Shown here one piece after another: positions 58,609-64,000 of a stretch of 64,000 bases of DNA. Below the pieces are notes generated by a model. The model worked only from the letters and a program-made list of their open reading frames with translations, was not told the DNA's origin and ran no database searches. The stretch covers positions 680,807 through 744,806 of the forward strand of contig NW_005434655.1 of assembly GCF_000315625.1 (NCBI RefSeq), given 5' to 3'. The DNA comes from Guillardia theta CCMP2712. Lineage: Eukaryota; Protista; Cryptophyta. Every line of letters starts with the position of its first letter. The first letter of the stretch is position 1. The position numbers were made by a program, and so were the translations under genes.

Positions 58609-61600
58609 GGATTCAAGGCGACAGGGAGGGAGAGAGGAAGCGGATGAGGAGGAAGCGGGAGCAGGATGGAGGATTCAAGAGGAGGACGGGCCTTGTGTTT
58701 GACTCGAGGACGTCGTTGGCAGTCAAGTAGAATCGCTCGGCTAGCCCGCTGACTGTCTCTCCTCCTCTGGTGGTGTAGGGGACGCCGATGCTGAGGACGT
58801 CGATGGAGGAGCGGATCCTGTTGGGGTTGCCGATGTTGGGGTTGGTGAGCCAGAGCTGGAGCCAGTCGGTCTTATACTCTAGAGCAAGGGAGCTGAGAGT
58901 CTGCCCGGCCCGGATGCAGGCCTTGCAGGAGCCCAGCTGGAGGATGACGCAGCGGGAGATGGAGGAGATGTTCCAGGGGTCGGAGGCGAGGAAGCAGAGC
59001 TTGAGCTTCCGGCCGGCAAGGAAGGGAGGAGGCTGGTACAGGAACTTCGCGCTGTGGAGAAACTCTGGCTGGGGGCCGAGCTGGGGGAGGGGGGTCGGGC
59101 TAGAGGGGAGAGGAGCGAAGGAGACGCCTGCTAGCGTACCGTTCCAGGGGGAGAAGACGCCTTGAAAGTCCATCAGGAGCTTGTCGTACCTGAAGAGGAC
59201 GGAGTACCACAGGGAGGCGACGTTCACAAGGACCTCAACGTTGCAACCCGGGTACGCCAGCAGGGAGGACCCCTCCTCTGGAGTGTCTGCCGTCCATCGG
59301 AGCTGGGGGTGGAGGACGGTGAAGGAGAGACAGCGGCGGATCTTGGTGTTGGGGCCGAGGGGGTTTGAGTTGCTGTTGAGAGCGAGGAGGCAGACCTGGA
59401 AGGAGAGTCCGGTCTGGGATGAGCTTGGGATGGCAGAGAGGACGCGGGAGGCCACGTTGGCAGTTCCTCCGTCTCTCCCTGAGATCGCAGGAGGAAGAAG
59501 CTCGAAACCGTCCGGCAGCCCGACCGAGTCGTCCACCAGTATCGCCACCTGATCTGTGATGTCCCCGTCGAAGGCCTCGATGAGCTTCTCGAAGCTCTCC
59601 CCCACGTAGAGGGTGTAGGAGGAGGAGGAGGAGGAGGAGGAGCTGGCAGTGACATTGTCGCTCCACTGGACGGGAAGGAAAGGAGTGGCGAGCGCAGAGG
59701 AGGCGAAGACTGCGGGAGGGCCGTAGCCAATGTCGTTCTTGGCGAAGATCCGTGCGAAGTAGAAGCCTGTCGGGAGGAAGCCAGAGGAGGCAACGGTCTG
59801 GGAGGCGTCGAGGACGAGGGTTTGGTTGGGGTTGACCTGGAGGAAGCTGCTGCTGGACTTGTCGAACTCGATCTTGTAGCCGAGGAGTCTTGCTACAGGG
59901 TTCACTCCTCCTGTATACTGCCGGGGAAGGTCAGAGGGAGGGAGGGAGGGAGGGAGGGAGGGAGGGAGGGAGGGAGTCAGAGACTAAGGACATGGAGTCT
60001 ACCTGAGGAGGGAGCCAGCTGGCTGAGAGAACGTTGGCGGAGCCGGGACGAAGGAGCCCAGGACGAGGAGCCCCGGGGTAGTCGATGATACGAACTGAGT
60101 TGCCCTCACCCGCGATGCCATAGGAGGAGGCGTTAGGGCCGTTGGCTGCCTGCACCCGCACGTAGAAGACGTTCTTGTTGAGGGAGCGGGTGGTGACTGA
60201 GATGACGCCAGGATGACCGCCCGCATCGATGGTGAGAGTCTGCAGGGAAGCTTGAGACGCGCAGGGGGAGGGGGAGGAGGGGGAGAGGGAGAGGGGAGGG
60301 GAGGAAGCAGTGGTAGGGGATCAGGGAGAAGTGAAGCAGGGAAACGAAGGCTGGAAAATGAAGCAGAAGGGAAAGGAGGGGAGGGAGTTATGGAGCAGCA
60401 GAAGAGGAGAAGGAGAAAAAGATGAGAAGGCAGAGAAAGAGCGAGTAGAAGGGAGGACAGAGAGAAGAGGGGGGGGTGGGGGGGGGGAGCAGAGAAGCAA
60501 GACAGACGCGAAGAGAGAAGCTGTTTCAGAGCACCGACCTCCACCGTACTGAAGTCAGCGGCCATGGAGAAAGAGATCATGTAGGAGACGATCTACAGCA
60601 GAGTTTAAGGCAGGGACAGGAGGAGGAGGCGCGGAGTTCACCGGAGATCCTCCGTCATCCAGCGGCTGCTCGAAGGAGATGGAGAGGCAGAAAGGATTGG
60701 TTTGCGGGTAGTCGGCAGGGCAGTTCTTGACCTCCACGTTCCTCGGCTCCGATGGACGTCCTGTCAGGAGGATGAGATGCGGTCCTGTTCTCAGCTCTAC
60801 CACCACCCTCCACCTTCCTCCTGCAGACCTCTCGCAAATCCCTCCTCCTACTATCGCTTCCTTCCTCGCTCCTGCTCCCTTCCTCTCCCAGTCTTCTTCT
60901 CTATCCTTGCCTTGCACCTTCTTTGTTACCCTTCTCTCCTCTCCCTCTCCTCTCCTCCCTCCTGTCCTTCCCTCCTCCTTCCTCCTCGCCTTCTCTTCTC
61001 TTCTCCCCTCCCCTCCCCTCCCCTCCTCCCCCGATCCCCTCCTCCTCTTACCGATGTTATTCGGAGGCAGCACTGCTATCCCCAGCACGCCTCCGTCCGA
61101 GGACAGCACGCGGAGGCTCGCGACTCCCGTCAGCCCCTCGCTGGTGGGTGATCGAGCATTGCTCACATTCACACGTACAAGGGACCCGCTGCTGATCACT
61201 TGCGCGTTCACCTTCCGCTGCATACTGAGAACGATGAAGCCGCCAGAGCTCGCGGTCGTGTACGACATGCTAGCATCTCGGTAGCCCGCTGCCTCGAAGC
61301 TGACCTGCGAATCGGAGAGGAGGAAGGAGGAAGGGAGCGAGAGCTCGATGGTGGATCCTGCCGGCAGCTCCACGTTGAGTGAGAATTGGAGGAAGAGGAG
61401 GCCGAGGTAGCCAGGGACGAGACTCGCTGGGAACAACCTTCCTGCTCCAGCTGGGAACGAGCTGATGGTGTTGGGGACGATGAGCGCTCCTGGCGCGTTC
61501 CTTGTCTCGACCAGCTCGCCGCTGCTAAGGAGGGTCAGGACGAGGAAGGTGCTGGTGACCTGGTAGCCTCCTCCTGCTGCTGCGGGGCGAGCGATAGAGT

Positions 61601-64000
61601 TCTGGATATGGGAGAGGAAGAACTGAATGACGTCGGAGGAGGAGAGGAACTCGATCCCCGGGCTGCTGAGCCTCACTTCCACCATCCTCGCCCCCTGGTC
61701 AAGGGAGAGGATCACGGCAGTCGTCGGGTACGTAAGGGACAGCCGGGTGATGGAGGGGGAGGAGACGGAAGTCGTGCCGCCTGCGCTAATCAGGAAGCCG
61801 GGGGGGAGCACGACCCTGACGGCTCCTATGAGAGCGAAGGTGTTGTTGATGACGAGCGTGACGTTTGCTGTGGTGATCATGCTCGACCCAAGATCCTTGA
61901 GAGTCACTGCAGCAGCAAGTCAAACGCCCTGAAACAGCTCTGCCCTGCCCTGCCCTGCCCTGCCCTGCCCTGCCCTGCCCTGCCCTGCCCTGCCCTGCCC
62001 TGCCCTGCCCTGCTCTGCCCTGCCCTGCCCTGCCCTGCCCTGCCCTGCCCTGCCCTGCCCTGCCCTGCCCTGCCCTCTCCCCTCCTTCCATCCGATCAAA
62101 GTTGCCTTCTCTCCCCTTCTTTCACCTCCCTGTCCTCCTCGTCTCATCTTGCATCCTCCACTCCTTACCTTGCGCGTCCTTCAGCTGTCCCACCACCAGG
62201 ACGGGCCCGCCAACATCCAGCTTCTGCGCTATCGCCGGGCTCTGCGCATTTTCTCTGGCGATCATGGTGAAGATGCCGGAGAAACCTCCGGCAAGGTTGC
62301 GGATGTTGTCAAGCACGAAGGAGAACTGAGTCCCCGAGGGGATCAGGAGCTCAGCTGGGAAGCTGGTGGGGGTCCGGACGCAACTTTGCCCAGCAGGGGA
62401 GCAGGAAGCGGAGGAGGAGGCGATGCCGCCGACGAGGCCGGTCGATCCCTGGACAAGGATGGACATTGTTCCATTGCCGACGTTCTTGGACAGGATGGCC
62501 ATGCTTCTGCTCCCTCCTCCGACCGTCGGGGAGAGGATCTGCGTCAGATCCCCATCGTCCATGAGGAACGAGCCGGGGATCTGAAGCTCGAGGAGGAACG
62601 AGGAGGGCATGACCGCAGGGGACTGGAAGGAGAAGGTCAGCTGGGAGCGGACCCCAGCTGAAGGGTCCTGCGGGGTGATGGAGATGGAGGCGAAGGAGTT
62701 AACGGTGACGTTCTTGCCCGGTATCGTCAGATTCTGCTCCACCACCGATGCCCCGTCCTCCCTGTAGGCGATAATGGAGAAGTTGTCCAGCAGACCCCCA
62801 GCTATGTGCCTGACGTTGAGGATGTCAAACTCCAGCACGTTCGGCTCAGCCCAGCTGTCACTCCAGACGTTCTGGAGGATCTGGAAGACAACCCGTCTGC
62901 TCGCCGTGTCGGAGCTGAGAAGCCCCATGCTCGCCGGGCGGATTGCTCTGACCTGAGAGACGGAGGAGGGCGAGGAGGGGGTGGCGGAGCAATCGAGGTC
63001 GTTGACCTGAACACCAGGAGGGAAGCGGAGCTCGATCACGGCCTTGGGAGGAAGCGTCCCGCTGATGTTGATGCGGGCTCTGTAGAAGCCGCAGACTCCG
63101 GCAGCTGGAGGTTCGAGGAGCGAAGAGTCGCTCCCGCGGAAGAACTGGAGGAGGAGGGAGGGGTTGAAACTGCCCGGGAGGATGGAGGTGCTGTCAACGT
63201 CAATGGCCTGGCTAATGATGGAGATCTGGTCGGAGAGCAGGAGGGCGATGTCGATGCCGTTCTTGGGGCCAGCCCAAAGGTTTCTGACGTTGGCCAAGGT
63301 GAAGGAGATCCGGAGACCCTCGGGGAGGTTGGTGGCGCCCGACCCGAAGAGCCTGAGGTAGAGGTCCTGTCCTTGCACCATGTACAGGGTAATGTTGCAG
63401 GTGAAGCAGGTGGGACCGTCGCAGCAGGTGGAGGAGAAAATGTAGGAGGAAGTCGGGAGGTTGATACCGAAACCGTCAGGCATGCCGACATGGATGATGG
63501 CGTTGTCCGGGACGTAGCCGACTGTTGAGAAGTTGACCGAGATAAGAAGCTGCTGGCCTGAGAGAAGGTTGGAGTAGGTAATGCCCCTTGTGGGGAAGAC
63601 CGACGTCGTGATTGAGACGCCTGAGTCGTACGTCATGATGCGACAGAGTCAGGGAGGCATGAGAGAAAGACGGGCAGGAAAGAGCAGGATGGGAGAGGAG
63701 GGGAGAGAACGGAGGGAGGGAGGAGGAAATCGAACGAGAGAGAAGGGAAGAAGGGGAAGGAAGGGATGGGGGGAAAGGGAGGGAGAGTAGCAGGATAGCC
63801 TGCAGTCGTTACCTGGCACTGATGAGTCGTCGATGATGCGGGTTGGATCAAAGAACGTCGTGCGGATGGTGAAGGAGTTTGTAGACCCCGCCCCCGGGTT
63901 GACGATTCCGCTCACTCCAAAGGTGAAGGTCCCTGGAAGGAGGAGGAAAGAGCGTGAGGAACTAAACGGGGAGAGAGTGGAAAGGGATAAAATGGAGTTG
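58609..64000 (-). CDS. Giant multi-exon extracellular protein: tandem beta-sandwich repeats, fibronectin type III domains and C-terminal LysM domains; starts beyond the window end
   Basis: Long beta-rich ORFs (62122-63636, 60555-61907, 58613-59905). FN3 motifs PSEPRNV...SFEQPLDDGGSP, YVRVQAAN and YFARIFAKNDIGYG. LysM-like GQTLSSLALEYKTDWLQLWLTNPNI and YTTRGGETVSGLAERFYLTANDVLESN. Confidence 0.8.
61940..62075. repeat. (TGCCC)n intronic microsatellite
   Basis: Read directly. Confidence 0.95.

Noticed and set aside
57801-58730. Long ORFs spanning X runs (also 49977-50546)
   Set aside because: Artefacts of translating through N gaps.

Overview
This is intron-rich eukaryotic nuclear DNA with short (~45-60 nt) spliceosomal introns, many microsatellites and two assembly gaps (50266-50365, 57875-58608). 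Gene style and the signal-peptide/bipartite leaders suggest an alga with a complex plastid, probably a cryptophyte such as Guillardia (inference). Recognisable genes in order: a large helical-repeat protein (possibly Blm10/PA200-like), a class-3 lipase, an R-S-E ADP-ribosyltransferase-ankyrin protein, a secreted VLR-like LRR-LamG protein, an ABC1/UbiB kinase, a TPR-carboxylesterase, an organellar PheRS, a Cys-rich HNEL protein, a TPR protein, an intronless glycosyltransferase-like ORF, a Blh/Brp beta-carotene 15,15'-dioxygenase, an EF-hand protein and a giant FN3/LysM surface protein. The highlight is a head-to-head pair of an ArsJ-associated-type GAPDH (48162-49949, -) and an ArsJ-type MFS exporter (~50549-53663, +). 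It looks like an intron-containing eukaryotic version of the bacterial gapdh-arsJ arsenate-detoxification module, and the transporter carries an extra 6-Cys loop. Other observations: ubiquitin-tail-like LxLRGG motifs after three leader peptides, probable GA-AG introns, GC-rich islands bounded by a conserved ~40-bp inverted repeat, and a dispersed retroelement-like 3' end. Exon structures were assembled by eye and family assignments rest on remembered motifs, not database searches.
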